From NCBI GenBank assembly GCA_964016885.1, contig OZ024741.1, forward strand, positions 291,896,001-291,960,000: a stretch of 64,000 nucleotides of DNA. Reading direction: 5' to 3'. Position 1 is the first letter of the stretch. Each line of letters starts with the position of its first letter. The notes under the pieces were generated by a model. It saw only the letters and a program-made list of their open reading frames with translations. It was not told the origin of the DNA and ran no database searches. Of the stretch, positions 1-13,059 are shown one piece after another. This DNA comes from Eledone cirrhosa. Its lineage: Eukaryota. The translations under genes and the position numbers were made by a program.

Positions 1-399
1 TATAGACAACAGATATATCACTGTGGCTGTTGGGGTACCACACATGTCTGCAGAAATGAAATACCGCCACTTCCGCGGTGTCATCATCCCGGAAGGTGTC
101 GTATAGGCGGGTACAGATGCGGTTCGTTAACAATTATATTGGGTGCGTTTTGTATTGACATTTTGTCGCGTGGCAGGGTATTAGTCTTACCATGCTGGTG
201 TGTCTTTTGTAAGGACCGAGAAATACTGACGGTGATGGAGTTGAAGGATCTGTGAAGATGAAGCAATTGCTATGTATGTATGACCCCTTAGCCTTTGTCA
301 AGGCAGAATTCTAGCAGAAGGAAAACTCTGATATAACACCTGCAACCCTGATGCTATTCAATGATGTTGACTTGTTCTTCTTTTTGGTAAATATCATCT

Positions 400-682
400 T
401 GGTTAAGAGAGTGGGACTGGCTTTGTGCAGTGCCTTTGCTCACTATAAAAGCTTCACGGCACAGGCATTGCTTTATATCTGGAGATCTCTCTGCACTTGT
501 CGTCACATGGTACCATGGGCCCAGCACTATGTGTCAATAATTGTCACAAGTGTAGTGTTTGTACCAGAGTTTTCAAGACTCTGGCTGGACTAAAAAGTCA
601 CACTCGTTCAGCGCATTGGTAGGGGTTCTCCTACATGGATATAAAGTAGTGGCCGTACTCGAAAACGAGTTGGCAGCCACCA
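400..682 (+). mobile_element. 3' end remnant of an RTE-like LINE (terminal C2H2 finger + short 3' UTR)
   Basis: 542-622 translates CHKCSVCTRVFKTLAGLKSHTRSAHW*, a C-terminal C2H2 finger as in RTE ORFs, followed by a short tail ending in (TA)n; left boundary approximate. Confidence 0.5.
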
Positions 683-774
683 TATATATATATGTATGTA
701 CGTATGTATATATACATGCGTATAAAAGTACCAGTCCAGTACTGCGGTCAATTTTTTCTCCATGTATCTGTCTC

Positions 775-852
<78 letters not shown>

Positions 853-1180
853 TACTCACTCACTCTCTTTCCTTCTCTGGAAGAAGTAAGTAACAGCTAA
901 TCCAATATAACTTGATGTTATGCGACTTAGATTTCAGTCATCCAATCTCTTCGAGAATAACACACGAATTGAATTTAACTAGATTTGCGAGACACAACCC
1001 TTTCTTTCTCTCTCTCTCCAAGAAATGCACTGAACTAGAGATTGGTCCATTGTATCCAACGACGCTATTTTTCATAAATTGAGTTATTGTTTACTGTGGA
1101 ATATATGATATGCATATCTTCACAAGGACATATAATGCTTTGGATGAAAGAGAGCAAAGAAGTTCAGCCTATATATATAT

Positions 1181-1250
<70 letters not shown>

Positions 1251-1289
1251 ACACACATACATATATATATATGTATATATGTGTGTGTC

Positions 1290-1361
<72 letters not shown>

Positions 1362-1362
1362 C

Positions 1363-1397
<35 letters not shown>

Positions 1398-1409
1398 CGT
1401 GTGTGTGTG

Positions 1410-2307
1410 TTCAAAATAGAGGATCCACAGGACTAACTATTCACATCCTGCATTGAAATAGAAGAGCGAAATGTATAAATATTCTAGATTTACGAACAAT
1501 AAAAAATAAACCGAAAGAAAATACTCTTCTATTCTTATCAACACACTGTCTGAGAAATATTCAAATTTATAATCAGATTTATAGGAATCTACACATTTTG
1601 TATAGCGATAACAAATGTAAAAAAAAACCTTTGAGACTCAACAAACTACAAAGAGCAATCGACATCTAAAGCATTTGAAAAAAATACTCACAAGTGCCAA
1701 AATTCGCGAACGGATTTCCAATCTAAGAGTAACAAAATGTAGACGACCTAATTGCAAAATGTGTGGTTATGTATTCGATGACTCGGGATTCAAGTTTGAA
1801 GATGGACAAACATATTCATCGACGTTTTAACCTACTGCGGTTGTGGAACAAATTACATCGGAATAACTGACAATATTCTACACGCTTTAGTGAAGGCGCG
1901 TGGCTGAGGGGTTAAATAATTGAATTCGCAATCGTGAGGCTGTGAGCTCAATTCCCGGACTGGGCGATGCGTTATGACCTTGAGCAAGACACTTTATTTC
2001 ACGTTGCTTCTTCTACCTGGAGTTGCGACCGATAGATGGTATAAGCAATTGGAAAGACCACTGGAAGCATTGTTTCCTCTGTCCGATTTGACGAAAAGTC
2101 GATCAACTCTAAAAATTCTACGAAAATGGATGACCGACCAATGACAAGAAGTTCGAGATAGATATACAAGAAAAATTCCACTGAGTGGATATTGAGAAAA
2201 ATTTTAGAATTTTTCCAATTTATCAATTTGCAAATGACATTACTAAACAACAAAGAAAAGAGAAGAAATTACTAATTAACAAACATAAACCGTGCTTAAA
2301 TGTTTAA
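1410..2307 (+). pseudogene. Decayed Penelope-like element (Neptune-like) linker + GIY-YIG endonuclease, split by a SINE
   Basis: Manual translation: LKKILTSAK...KCRRPNCKMC (Cys linker), CGCGTNYIGIT (YIG), and KNFRIFPIYQFANDITKQQRKEKKLLINKHKPCLNV* (PLE GIY-YIG C-terminus); frameshifted. Confidence 0.75.
1892..2010 (+). mobile_element. tRNA-derived SINE, CORE-type head
   Basis: A-box-like gcgtggctgaggggttaa, B-box-like gctcaattcccgg, then ccttgagcaagacactt CORE-like motif. Confidence 0.7.
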
Positions 2308-2433
2308 CAATAATGTTCTGGCAAAAATCGCATGTGCAAAGACACGTGACTATCATAAGATTCTGTTATAAAGGTAAAGATTAAATGATGTTTTATATAT
2401 ATATAAATGCACACACACACACACACACACACA

Positions 2434-2475
<42 letters not shown>

Positions 2476-2570
2476 AAGCCGGCCATGTTGAGGAGAGAGG
2501 GGGGTCTTTATTTACAGTGGCGAAAGGTGTCCCCGGCCACGATGGGTTCTTTTGCTAGTATATATATAAC

Positions 2571-3017
2571 ATTAAGATGACAGATAGAAATTCTTGAATC
2601 ATTTAAACTTTACAATTGTTCCGACACAATGTTTTTCTTTAAACACACAACTAGGGAAAATGTAATCCATAATAATAATAGTAGTAATGACAATAAGGTA
2701 CTTATAGCAATGCAATCAAAAGGATTACTATTCATAATTTACGCTAGTTTGTGTTTAAATATATTTGTAGCTCCATAGAAGATTAAACCTCGATTCTTTT
2801 ACACCGGTGATAATCTTCTAAAGAAAAACAAACATATTTAAACACAAACTAGCGTAAAGTACAAATATTATTCCTCTTGATTGAATTATAATAATTTTTA
2901 TATTGTCATTATTATTATTTTTATGGATTATATTTTGCCTAGTTGTGCGTTTAAAGAAAAACTTTGTGTCAAACTATTGTAAAGCTTAAATGATTTAAGA
3001 ACTTGTGTCATCTTAAT
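2571..3017. repeat. Old imperfect palindrome (~210-bp arms), probable fold-back PLE pseudo-LTR
   Basis: attaagatgaca (2571) vs tgtcatcttaat (3017) with reverse-complement similarity throughout; left arm has a decayed HHR 3' half on - strand (tgtc GGAAC AATT GTA, 2611-2626). Confidence 0.8.
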
Positions 3018-3170
3018 TTATTTTATATGTTCTGTGTAAAATGTACCCCTATTGTTTGACTCTTTAAATTCTCCTTACTGTATTTCGATCCGCATGTGCA
3101 TAAACACACTGAGGTTGAATTTTCTCACTCACAATTTCCCTTCAAATAAATATAAGTGTATGTTTTTTCT

Positions 3171-3418
3171 TATATATTAATAAAAAAATATATAGGAAAG
3201 GTTATATATGACGTGTATAAACCTACATATTCATGTGTGTGTTTATATATATATATTTGATACAATCATATAGCTACTTCCTACTTATGATATATATCCA
3301 GTAGTAGGAAGTAGCTATATGATTGTATAAAATATATATATATATAAACACACACATGAATATGTAGGTTTATACACGTTATATATAACCTTTCCTATAT
3401 ATTTTTCATTAATATATA
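3171..3418. repeat. Near-perfect palindrome, ~115-bp arms, 17-nt spacer, at the point where the gypsy RT is cut off
   Basis: 3171-3285 is the reverse complement of 3303-3418 with few mismatches; TA-rich ends; no recognisable HHR. Confidence 0.9.
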
Positions 3419-3420
3419 GC

Positions 3421-4466
3421 AGTAAACAAAATCCAGGTCTCTGGTGATTTCGTCCATGAAGCGTTGAAAGGTACTAGCGGCGTTGTGTAGACCAAAGGGC
3501 ATCGTTAGGAACTCAAAAGCACCAAATGGTGTGGTGATAGCAGTGGCATCTGATGACACGCTCTGACTAAATCCAGTTTAGAAAAAACTGTTCATCCATG
3601 TAAGGAAGAAGCAAATCCTGAATGTGTGGGATCAGGTAGCGATCGGGTACAGTCATCGTGTTTAATCGGCAAAAGTCCCCAGTCGGACGCCAATCGCCGG
3701 AACGCTTTGGAACCAAATGCAAAGGAGAGTCCCACGGACTGGAGGAAGGGCGTATGATCCCCAGCTGTAGCATGTGCTTAAATTCAGCCTTAGCCGCTTT
3801 CAATTTCTCCGCAGAGAGGCGGCGAAGGCGTGAAAATACAGGAGAGCAAGAAGTTTCGATATAATGTTTTATGGAGTGAGTAGGCTTGCTCACCACAAAA
3901 TTCAAATTTGTCAATTCTGGGAAGGAATTTAGAAGCGACTAGAAAGGGTCCTAGGAAGCGGCGACAAAGAATACCGGGCTGATAGATGAGACAGTAGATC
4001 TTAAACCCGGAAAGGAGAGTTCCGTATTAGCATCCAACAACCGGCGTCTGCGCATATTCAGTACGAGGTTATAGTGGTGCAGGTAATCCGAGCCTAGAAT
4101 AGGGTAAGGCAAATCAGCGACCGTGAAAATCCACGCGAAGTCTCTTCGCAATTCCAGGTTCAAAGAACGAGAAATTTGACCATACGTGGAGATAGGAGAA
4201 TGATTTACGGCTTGCAGAGAAATAGATGAAACTGGCGGCTTCTCTTTGAGAAGTTTTAGCGGCCATATGCTGCAAGCAGCGCCTGTATCCACCAGACATC
4301 GAGCTTGGGAAAACGTGTCAGTTATGAAGAACGAACGATTATTTGGGAGTGTCAGAGGAGACTGTGCCGTGCTCAGGTCTCCTGAAATTCGTTTCCCTGG
4401 TTGGAAAAGGAACATGGCTGTATACAACAGCGTGCCGCCGCGCCAAAACGGCTGTGATAGTAGCAC
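3421..4466 (-). pseudogene. gypsy pol remnant: aspartic protease + RT N-terminal half
   Basis: CLVDTGAACSIWP and PILGSDYL (protease); [29 protein letters not shown] and TPFGAFEFLTMPFGLHNAASTFQRFMDEI (RT). Confidence 0.92.
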
Positions 4467-5138
4467 AGTCCTGGCTTGTTTGTGTGGCGGCGGCGTGGCG
4501 ATTGAACCCTGGATAAACTCAATTTTCTCACCTCTTTGGTGAGTTGTGCTATGGCTTGAAGAATTGCCGTAGACATGAGCGACTGATCGGTGTGAACGGC
4601 AACCGCTGGAGAGAACGAAGAGACCTCAACCGGCGGCCGAGGTGTAGCGAAGGAGGCAGGCCTTCCTGTGAAACTCATCATTTTGTCCGCCGAAGACGCC
4701 AGTTGCTCGACTGAGCTAGTCTCCATCATAGGCGCCAATATCGCCTGGACATTGGGTGACAGCCTCGAAAATAAAAGCTGTCTCAGGAGGGCGCCATCAG
4801 CTAGAGCGTCCTCCGCCAGTTCTTTCATTCGACGCAGGAAGTGGCTGGGCGTCCGGTCACCCAAATGCTCCACATTTACTAGGGTTTGAAACCTCCTCTC
4901 TGCGGACAACGGTGGAACGCCGCAGCACCTCGCGCTTAACGTTCTCATAGGTGGCTCCAGAGGCCGGATCAGTAATCAGATCCTTAAGCACTGTCGTTAA
5001 AGACGCCGGGATAGCACTCATAAGAATATGTAGTTGTCTGTCTTCGGACGTTATGCCATTCGCAGCAAAATGCGATTCAATCTGGGCGAACCAGACACGG
5101 ACGTCGCCTGCAATCACTGTCAATGAAATGTTAGCCAT
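4373..5138 (-). pseudogene. gypsy gag remnant (frameshifted)
   Basis: VRVWFAQIESHF, LGDRTPSHFLRRMKEL and CYYHSRFGAAARCCIQPC, typical of this gypsy gag type. Confidence 0.85.
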
Positions 5139-5730
5139 CGTGAATTAAGTATGCCAGTAAACAATAGAGAACAACAGGGAAAATGTAAAATTAAAACAAT
5201 GATATTTTCTGTCGTTGTTGAAGAGACAAATGTTAAGAATTAAAAAAAATGTTTTCTTTTCTTTCATATTTTTCAAAATGGCGTTGCCCTAAAGTCAATT
5301 TCGCGGGATAACGAACGAAGAAGATGGAAGTCGGCCATTATGAGCTCTCCGGAAATGAAGGCAAAAATCTTCCTTTTTTTTGAATGGCGTCACCCAATCA
5401 GAATTTGGGCGGGAAACATGAATTTTGAAGAAGAAAGCCGGCGCCGTGATATCTTTCAGGTGCAATATTTATATTGCCAGGCAGTAAAAAACAAAAAGTA
5501 AATAACATGACTCACGCTGTCGCGAACATTTCCCGAGATATCCATATTAATTTTGATTATTTTTTTTTTAAATCATATATTTCGATCGAGCTGCTGCTAT
5601 GATATGTGTCCATCAGACAGAGAAAAAATGTTGTTGTACATACTTTTCTTGTTATTGTGTCCACATTTTTTTTTTGTTTAAAGTAAATCCGTATCACCAT
5701 ATATTATGTAGAGTGGAAAGTGGCATGTTG

Positions 5731-5750
5731 ATCACGTCGGGAGGTCACCA
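5731..5750 (-). promoter_or_regulatory. Primer-binding site complementary to tRNA-Trp 3' end
   Basis: + strand atcacgtcgggaggtcacca matches tRNA-Trp 3' end ATCACGTCGGGGTCACCA with a 2-nt insertion; upstream of gag. Confidence 0.85.
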
Positions 5751-6063
5751 TTTTATAACATTGATTAAGTGTCGCTGGAGATATTATTATATTTATCGAT
5801 TCAGAAGGCAATGACAAAAACGACATAATCCGTTATAACAAAAATTCCCTTTTATTTGTTGTACAAATATGGAATCGAAAATAACAAGAGAAGGTTGAGC
5901 AAGACTTCACATCGTGTTGGCTCCATGGACGTCTTGATGCTGGTCGTTCAGTGAACTCTATGTGTCTCTCTGCCTGTCAGCCAACTCTCGCTCTGGTCCA
6001 ATTTGTCTCGATCCGCTGAGGGCTTTGATTGGCTCACACTTCGACCAATTCACCTCTGTTACA
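5751..6063 (-). repeat. Candidate gypsy LTR (~310 bp)
   Basis: Abuts the PBS; - strand starts TGTAACA (6063-6057) and contains AATAAA (~5850-5855); no second LTR in window to confirm. Confidence 0.6.
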
Positions 6064-6107
6064 CTATTCTTCCGCCGAAGGAAAATACATTTAATTCTGT
6101 TCACTAC

Positions 6108-9100
6108 AAATCGGCCGATTTGACCTGGCCGATAGATATCGACTAGATTTTCCGACTGTGCCACTGTGGACGTGGACTAATCGTAGCGGAACATCTAGAT
6201 CGTACCTAGATAGGGTTCTAGTTAGAAATAAAGATAGGGACATGTTAAGCTGTCCACAAATGTTCATGGTTTTCTATTCAGATCACAAACTAGTGACCTG
6301 CATGGTCAACCTTGATAAAACCCATAGACAAGGACCCGGCTACTGGAAGCTGAACTTGTCGTTACCGACATGCAAAGCCTACAGTAGACGGATTAGCACT
6401 TAGTTAAACAGCACTTGACAGGGGTCATTGTTAACAACAGATGGTGGTACTCTCTCAAGAGGGCAGTTAGATTAGACTCGATAGTTTTTAGTAAAGAATT
6501 AGCGTTAGATAGAAATAGAACCGAGAAGGAACTGGTAGATAAAGTAGAAGAGGCAATTAGAAGTGGCAACGTAGTCAGCGTGCTAGCAACGAGAACAGCC
6601 TTGGACCAGTTTTTCGACGCAAAGCACGAGGGCTGCGTTGTCAGAAGCAAAATACGTGCTCTGGGTAACGAGGGAGCCAAAGCTGTTAGCTGGGCCCGGG
6701 TGACGGAGACGAAAAGTGGCAACAAGTCCACAATTCGGTCTTTGAAGGATCAAGACGGACGCGTGATACGTGAGCCGAAGCAGATGTGCGCCGCCTTTCA
6801 GCGGCACTTTGCTCAGCCGTTCGGGCAGGGAGGCGCGCCGGGAGCGGCTAAGGATTTCGGTCCATACCTCGACGGCCTATCGCCACTCTCGGACCCCGAG
6901 GCGAAGTTCTGTGAAAGGCCGATTTCGGTCGCTGAGATAGGGGACGCGCTGAGCCAATGCGGCAAACGCAAATCTCCAGGTCTCGACGGTCTACTCTGCG
7001 AATTTTACGTAGCAATGCCGGACTTGTTCTCTGTTCTCCTGGAGGCGGTCTACTGCAACTGGCAGAAGAACGGGAGAATTCCCAGTTCTGTGACCAGGGG
7101 CGTAGTCACGCTAGTCAGGAAGGGCGAGAATAAGAAGGATAACATAGGCAACTTACGGCCCATAAATCTGCTAAACACAGAGTTACAGATTTTGGGCAAG
7201 GTGTTTTCAAAGAGGCTGGCGCTTGTCGTCAAAAACCTGGTGGGAGAAGCGCAGACATGCGCAATCCCCACCAGGTCCATACATGACAACCTCCACCTCA
7301 TGCGATACATCGTAGAGAGGTTGGGTGTAAACCAGGCTTCGGTGGAGCCCTGATCAACTGGGATCAGTCTAAGGCTTTCGATAGGGTTGGCCATCGTTAC
7401 CTGGATGCGGTACTCGAGGCGGTACTTCGGACCCGTGTTCAGGGGCTGGATTGTTGCAATGCACAGCAGCAACATCTGCTCAAGTGTCAAGGTGAACGGC
7501 TACCTCTCGGAGCCATTCCATACCACGCAATCCATTCGACAGGGATGCCCTCTCTCCACCCTTCTGTACGTACTGACTCTCAAGCCACTACTGCGGAAGC
7601 TGGAGCTATTGTAGGGCATCCCTCTGGAACCGAGACTGCGGAAAGCGGCGTCGTCCTATGGCGACGACGTTTCAGTAATGGTGTCGTGCACCTCGCAAAT
7701 CGAGGAAGTCGGCACCTTACTGAAGGAATACGAAAGGTTCACAGGAGCGAAGCTGAACCGGGACAAGTGCATCGGTTTGCAACTCGGATCGTGGAGAGGC
7801 AAACCGATGCCTTCCGATAGCGACGTGGGACGCTGGAGGGAAGGACCGGTAAAGCTGCACGGGGACTGGTTTGGTCCGGACCTCCAGGTGGAGAAGAACT
7901 GGAACGAGGTGGCGGCCAAGGTGTTTGCACTCACCCAGAAGTGGGCCGAGTGCAAGCTATCCTTGAAAGGTCGAGCGGAGTTGACGAACACTTTTATAGC
8001 GTCCGTCATCTACTACCGCTTGACCGTCGTGCCTTGTCCAGCCAAAACGCTCACCAAAATGGAGCGCGCGCTATTCCAATTCCTTTGGAAGAAGCGGGCT
8101 CCTTTGGTGAGAAGATCCATCTGGTGCCAACACCCTTCCAACGGAGGGCTGGGGAAGCCGTGGCTGACGATGCGCAAACACCAGCTCAAGCTGCGGCATC
8201 TCTACGTATTCCTCACCGGACAACCGGTGTGGGCCCCGTTCGTGAGGTGAGCGTTCCCACGACTCGTCAAGGTGACCGAGCTGCAGGCCTGGGTCAAGCA
8301 AAGACCGAGGAAAATGGGCAACTGGCACATCGAATGTGCTCAGGCGCTCACAGCCCTCTGGCAAGCGGACCCGGCGATCAGTGGAGACTCCATTTCGTCA
8401 TTCTATAGAGGGTTGATCCGCAGCAAGTGCGACGACGCGCTCGGAGAAACTCTAGGCGTAGAGGAAGATGAACTGTCCAGTCTGTTCAGTAGGACCTTCC
8501 GCCCGGGACCGATGGACAACTTCCAAAAGTCCCTGGCCTGGCAGTGCTACCGAGGAGCTCTACCAGTTCGAGACAAGCTCTACAGACATGGGCGCCCGGG
8601 CAGGGACCCTTCGAAAAAGATCTGTCCGAGATGCGTGCGAGACGAAGAAACCGTCGCGCACGCATTTATACACAGCCCGGGCATTACCGACCTGTGGGGC
8701 TATGTAGAACGACTATTGTCGAGGGTGGGGCCAATCCGGTTGACCACCGAGTCCATTGTCATGATCAAACCACCTCCCTCCTTCAAAAACGAAGTAGGGG
8801 CTGTTTTCCTTTGTTTGATATCTATGGCGAAAGAGGTTGTATGGTGGACGAGGTTGAAAGGGCTGAGGTCAGACACCTTTCTCTCTGGCCAACAACTGAT
8901 TCTTTTTTTCAAATACCACTTTGGAAGAAGAATCAGGATGGTGAGAGAGGTGCTGTACCCCAGCAAGTTTTATGAAATGTGGGTGAAATTGGCGAGAATG
9001 GCCCGAGTGAATGGGCCTTCTCTCTATATCAGCCTGTAGGTTGAGGGAAAAGAGGAAGAGAAGAAAGGGGTACAAACTCTTCGTACTCCTGGATATGAGG

Positions 9101-9278
9101 GTTGCACATTTTTTCGGGGGTATGTGTTACCCATATGAAATATCTCCTCCTATTGGTGGAAAATCGATTAATTTTTAAATTGCATTTGTGATAGTGTTTT
9201 ACACGTTTTTATCGTATGTAAACTTCCCCCTTTGTATTTGTCCCCTTCTTTTGTGCCCCTGTGGCTAATAAAGAAACA
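6108..9278 (+). mobile_element. Tx1/L1-clade non-LTR retrotransposon, 5'-truncated, disrupted ORF2
   Basis: APE C-terminus (SYLDRVLV, SDHK, GPGYWKLN), RT (KSPGLDGL, LRPINLLN, RQGCPLS, YGDD at 7657-7668), zinc knuckle CPRC..ETVAH; 3' UTR ends AATAAAGAAA; stops and frameshifts. Confidence 0.93.
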
Positions 9279-9301
9279 TATCTATCTATCTCTCTCTCTC
9301 T

Positions 9302-9359
<58 letters not shown>

Positions 9360-9817
9360 ATATATATATATATGTATATATATATACAGTATATATATAT
9401 ATATATACAGGCGTAAATAAAGTAACAGTAGAAATTGCTTCAGGGGTAGCTGAATCTGTAGATTTTACCGTTAACTTCTGTTCCTCATCATATAATAAAT
9501 ACATTACACCTCACTTACTGACCTACGAAACGCGCCATTAGAGAATACGCACGGTTCAACATAGCAATGGTTACTACACTTTCCAGTTGTTTAACCAAGC
9601 ATTCCAAAGCTGAAGGAAGTGTGTATACTAGCAAGGCTACAAGAACACACAGTCATTCACTTATATATATATATGTGTGTGTGTGTACGTGTGTTTATCT
9701 AATACCATAGATTAAATAATATATCAAAGAAAGAGAGAGGGTGAGAGATAGATACAGGGTCGTGGTATATAGATTAAAAACCTGTATTTTAACAAATATC
9801 TGGAAATATAAACAGGA

Positions 9818-9872
<55 letters not shown>

Positions 9873-9876
<4 letters not shown>

Positions 9877-10251
9877 TATGTACACGTACATACATATATG
9901 TATACAGACGTACAGTAGTATGTATATATATATACATACATGCACACATATATATATGTACGTATGGATTCACCGAACATTTAATATAATGCTCGGTGTG
10001 ATTGTAAACAAACATCCCGTATTAAGCCGTAGTGTCCAGCAACCATCGTTGCTCATTTGTTCAACACTGACAAAGGAACGCTGTACTAGTTTCAAGCTCA
10101 TTAGCTATCGTCAGCAACGTATACCTTCCTGTCAAATTGTTGAACGTATATACTTACCTTATGCATATTAACGGCTGAGTAGCCCAATTTGCATATCGAG
10201 TGGGTTAATCGGCCGGGTGCACCGAAAACGATAAACAGAAAAAATGAAACG
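9873..10251 (-). mobile_element. Partial copy (~0.9 unit) of the ~425-bp HHR retrozyme-like repeat
   Basis: Near-identical to 53387-53771; flanked by (TA)n; same 3' junction (catactta|tata). Confidence 0.9.
10078..10120 (-). ncRNA. Minimal type I hammerhead ribozyme
   Basis: ACGTTG CTGACGA T AGCT aatg AGCT T GAAA CTAG TA^CAGCGT: stem I, intact core, stem II, palindromic ACTAGT stem III. Confidence 0.85.
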
Positions 10252-10258
10252 ATATATA

Positions 10259-10436
10259 TATAAGTAGTAACACAACAGTTAGTTCACCATACCGAGAACA
10301 ATTGTTTCCCCTTAGCGAATCTTGAGCTCGAATTATTCCCGGTATGGTGAACTAACTGTTGTGTTACTACTTATACCAAACTCGTCTCATGGACTGAGTG
10401 TTCTACCACTACGGATATTACCTTCCAGTGTTCTAT
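10259..10436. mobile_element. Small fold-back PLE-type insertion with slightly decayed HHR (- strand 10293-10330)
   Basis: Arms 10259-10303 / 10331-10375; - strand reads CGAG CTCAAGA ttcgctaaggg GAAAC AATT GTT^CTCG; right arm has ~60-nt longer tail. Confidence 0.75.
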
Positions 10437-11003
10437 CTCTCTCTCTCTCTCTATATATATATATAAATATAAGTACCCATCAAATGACACAACGGGTTTG
10501 GCATACATTATCTCTGTCTACTATCATACTACCTATATACCCTCCTGGCACCTTATCCATCTCAATTTTCCCTTCTTACCCCACTCAGTGTATCTCGAGT
10601 CTAACCGTTTAACCGATATGATGATTAGAGGCTTTGCATATATTTTTACCATGTTATTTTCCAAAACATATACATATCTAGTTTACTACCCGCTCATCAC
10701 ATCTATCATTTCACATTTCTCATTTCATACTTTTTAAAGAGATATTTTACTAAATCTCGTTCAACCATTTAATCACACTATTGCATGATGAATAAAGAAT
10801 GGCGGTTTATTCTTAGATCATGAACCCATTCGTTGTAATGAATTTCCGTGTGTACGAATCAAAATAAATAACGATAGGCTCTGTTGATACAAAGGGAGTT
10901 CTTTCCGGCTGATATTTTCGCCGCAGACATATCTATGTGTATGGCGAAATGCATATGTATTTATGTATGTATGTATATATGTATGTATGTATACAGTGTA
11001 TAT

Positions 11004-11127
<124 letters not shown>

Positions 11128-11154
11128 GTATGTGTGTGTGTATATATATATATG

Positions 11155-12424
11155 TGTTTCTTTATTAGCCACAGGGACACAAAAGAAGGGGACAAATACA
11201 AAGGGGGAGTTTACATACAATAAAAACGTGTAAAATATTATCGCAAATGCAATTTAAAAATTAATCGTTTTTCCCCAATAGAGGGAGACAGTTCATATGG
11301 GTAGCACATACCCCCGAAAAAAAAATGTGCAACCCTCAACTCCAGGAGTACGAAGAGTTTGTACGCCTTTCCTCTCCTCCTCTTTTTCCTCAACCTACAG
11401 GCTGATATAGAGAGAAGGCCCATTCACTCGGCCATTCTCGCCACTTTCACCCACCTTTCATAAAACTTGCTGGGGTACAGCACCTCTCTCCATCCTGATT
11501 CTTCTTCCAAAGTTTTATTTGAAAAAAAGAATCAGTTGTTGGCCGGAGAGAAAGGTGTCTGACTTCAGCCCTTTCAACCTTGTCCACCATACAACCTCTT
11601 TGGCCATAGCTATCACACAGGAAAACCCCCTCTCCTTCGTTTTTGGAGGTGGCGGTTTGATCATGACAATGGACTCGGTGGTCAACTGGATTGGTCCCAC
11701 CCGCGAAAATAGTCGTTCCACAGAGCCCCACAGGTCGGTGACGCCCGGGCAGTTTATGAATGCGTGCGCGACGGTTTCTTCGTCTCGTACGCACCTCGGA
11801 CAGATCTTTTTCGAAGGGTCCCTGCCCGGGCGCCAATGTCTGTAGAGCTTGTCTGGAACTGGTAGAGCTTCTCGGTAGCACTGCCAGGCCAGGGACATTT
11901 GGAAGTTGTCCATCGGTTCCGGGCGGAAGGTCCTACCGAACAGACTGGCCAGTTCATCTTCCTCTACGCCCAGAGTTTCACCGAGCACGTCGTCGCACTT
12001 GCTGCGGATCAACCCTCTATAGAATGACGAAGTGGAGTCTCCACTGATCGCCGAGTCCGCCTGCCAGAGGGCTGTGAGCGCCTGAGCACATTCGATGTGC
12101 CAGTCGCCCATTTTGCTCGGTCTTTGCTTGACCCACGACTGCAGCTCGGTGCACGAGACGAGTCGTGGTAAGGCTCGCCTCGCGAACGGGGCCCCCACCG
12201 TTGTCCGGTGAGGAATACGTAGAGATGCCGCAGCCTGAGCGCGTGTTTGCGCATCATCACCCACGGCATACCCATCCCTCCGTTGGAAGGGCGTTGGCAG
12301 CAGATGGATCTTCTCACCAAAGAAGCCCACTTCTTCCAAAGGAATTGGAATAGCGCGCGCTCCATTTTGGTGAGTGTTTTGGCTGGACAAGGCACGACGG
12401 TCAAGCGGTAGTAGATGACGGACG
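11155..12424 (-). mobile_element. Second, shorter Tx1/L1 copy of the same family (3' 1.27 kb)
   Basis: Reverse complement of ~8000-9278 at high identity (VIYYRLTVVPCPAKTL, ICPRCVRDEETVAHAFINCP); same AATAAAGAAA terminus. Confidence 0.93.
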
Positions 12425-12503
12425 GTTGCCGGTCAAGCAGAAATTGAAAATTAGAATTGGTGCTCTGAAATAGCGATATAGATTTCTGCTTGACCGGCAA
12501 CCG
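12423..12503 (+). ncRNA. HHR-like hairpin with perfect 22-bp flanking stem and decayed core
   Basis: cggttgccggtcaagcagaaat / atttctgcttgaccggcaaccg enclose TGAAAA ttaga..tct GAAA TA gcga TA TA. Confidence 0.5.
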
Positions 12504-12764
12504 CTCTGTATAATCAGTTCCTGATTATTACTAGAATTCTATAAGAATCAAACATTCATGATTTTCAGCAAACAGGTTGAGTACTTAGCTTTAATAAGTA
12601 CCAAATAGTACGAAACAGAGCTCTGTCAGCTTTATCTCCCCTGTGTGCTGAAAATTTAAAATAAGTGAGTCTGTCACTACTCTAAAGAGCGTTAGCTCTT
12701 CAAAATGCTTTTAATTAAGCATACAATGTATTGCAAAATACACTATATATACATTTATATATAC

Positions 12765-12863
<99 letters not shown>

Positions 12864-12877
12864 TAGATATGTATATA

Positions 12878-12995
12878 TACAGGGGTGCTGAAATGTTCTT
12901 AGCTTTCGGTAAATGAAAATACAGGAGGATAAGTACATTATGATTTTATTCAACATGTTCACCTTTCACATTCAAACACTTATTGTAGCGTTCCT
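12878..12995. mobile_element. Mariner-type terminal fragment
   Basis: TA + caggggtgctgaaatgttcttagcttt; reverse-complement similar to the right end of the MITE at 26135-26332. Confidence 0.6.
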
Positions 12996-13059
12996 ACCTC
13001 TCTGCAAAGGTAACATCTCGACCCTTTTGTGATGGCCTTAAGCTTAGAACTTTTCCGCA

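Larger units (their letters stand above)
3421..6063 (-). mobile_element. Ty3/gypsy LTR retrotransposon, 5' half (LTR, PBS, gag, protease, partial RT)
   Basis: gag, protease and RT motifs in order on - strand, tRNA-Trp PBS and candidate LTR upstream; multiple frameshifts; truncated just before the RT YxDD. Confidence 0.92.
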
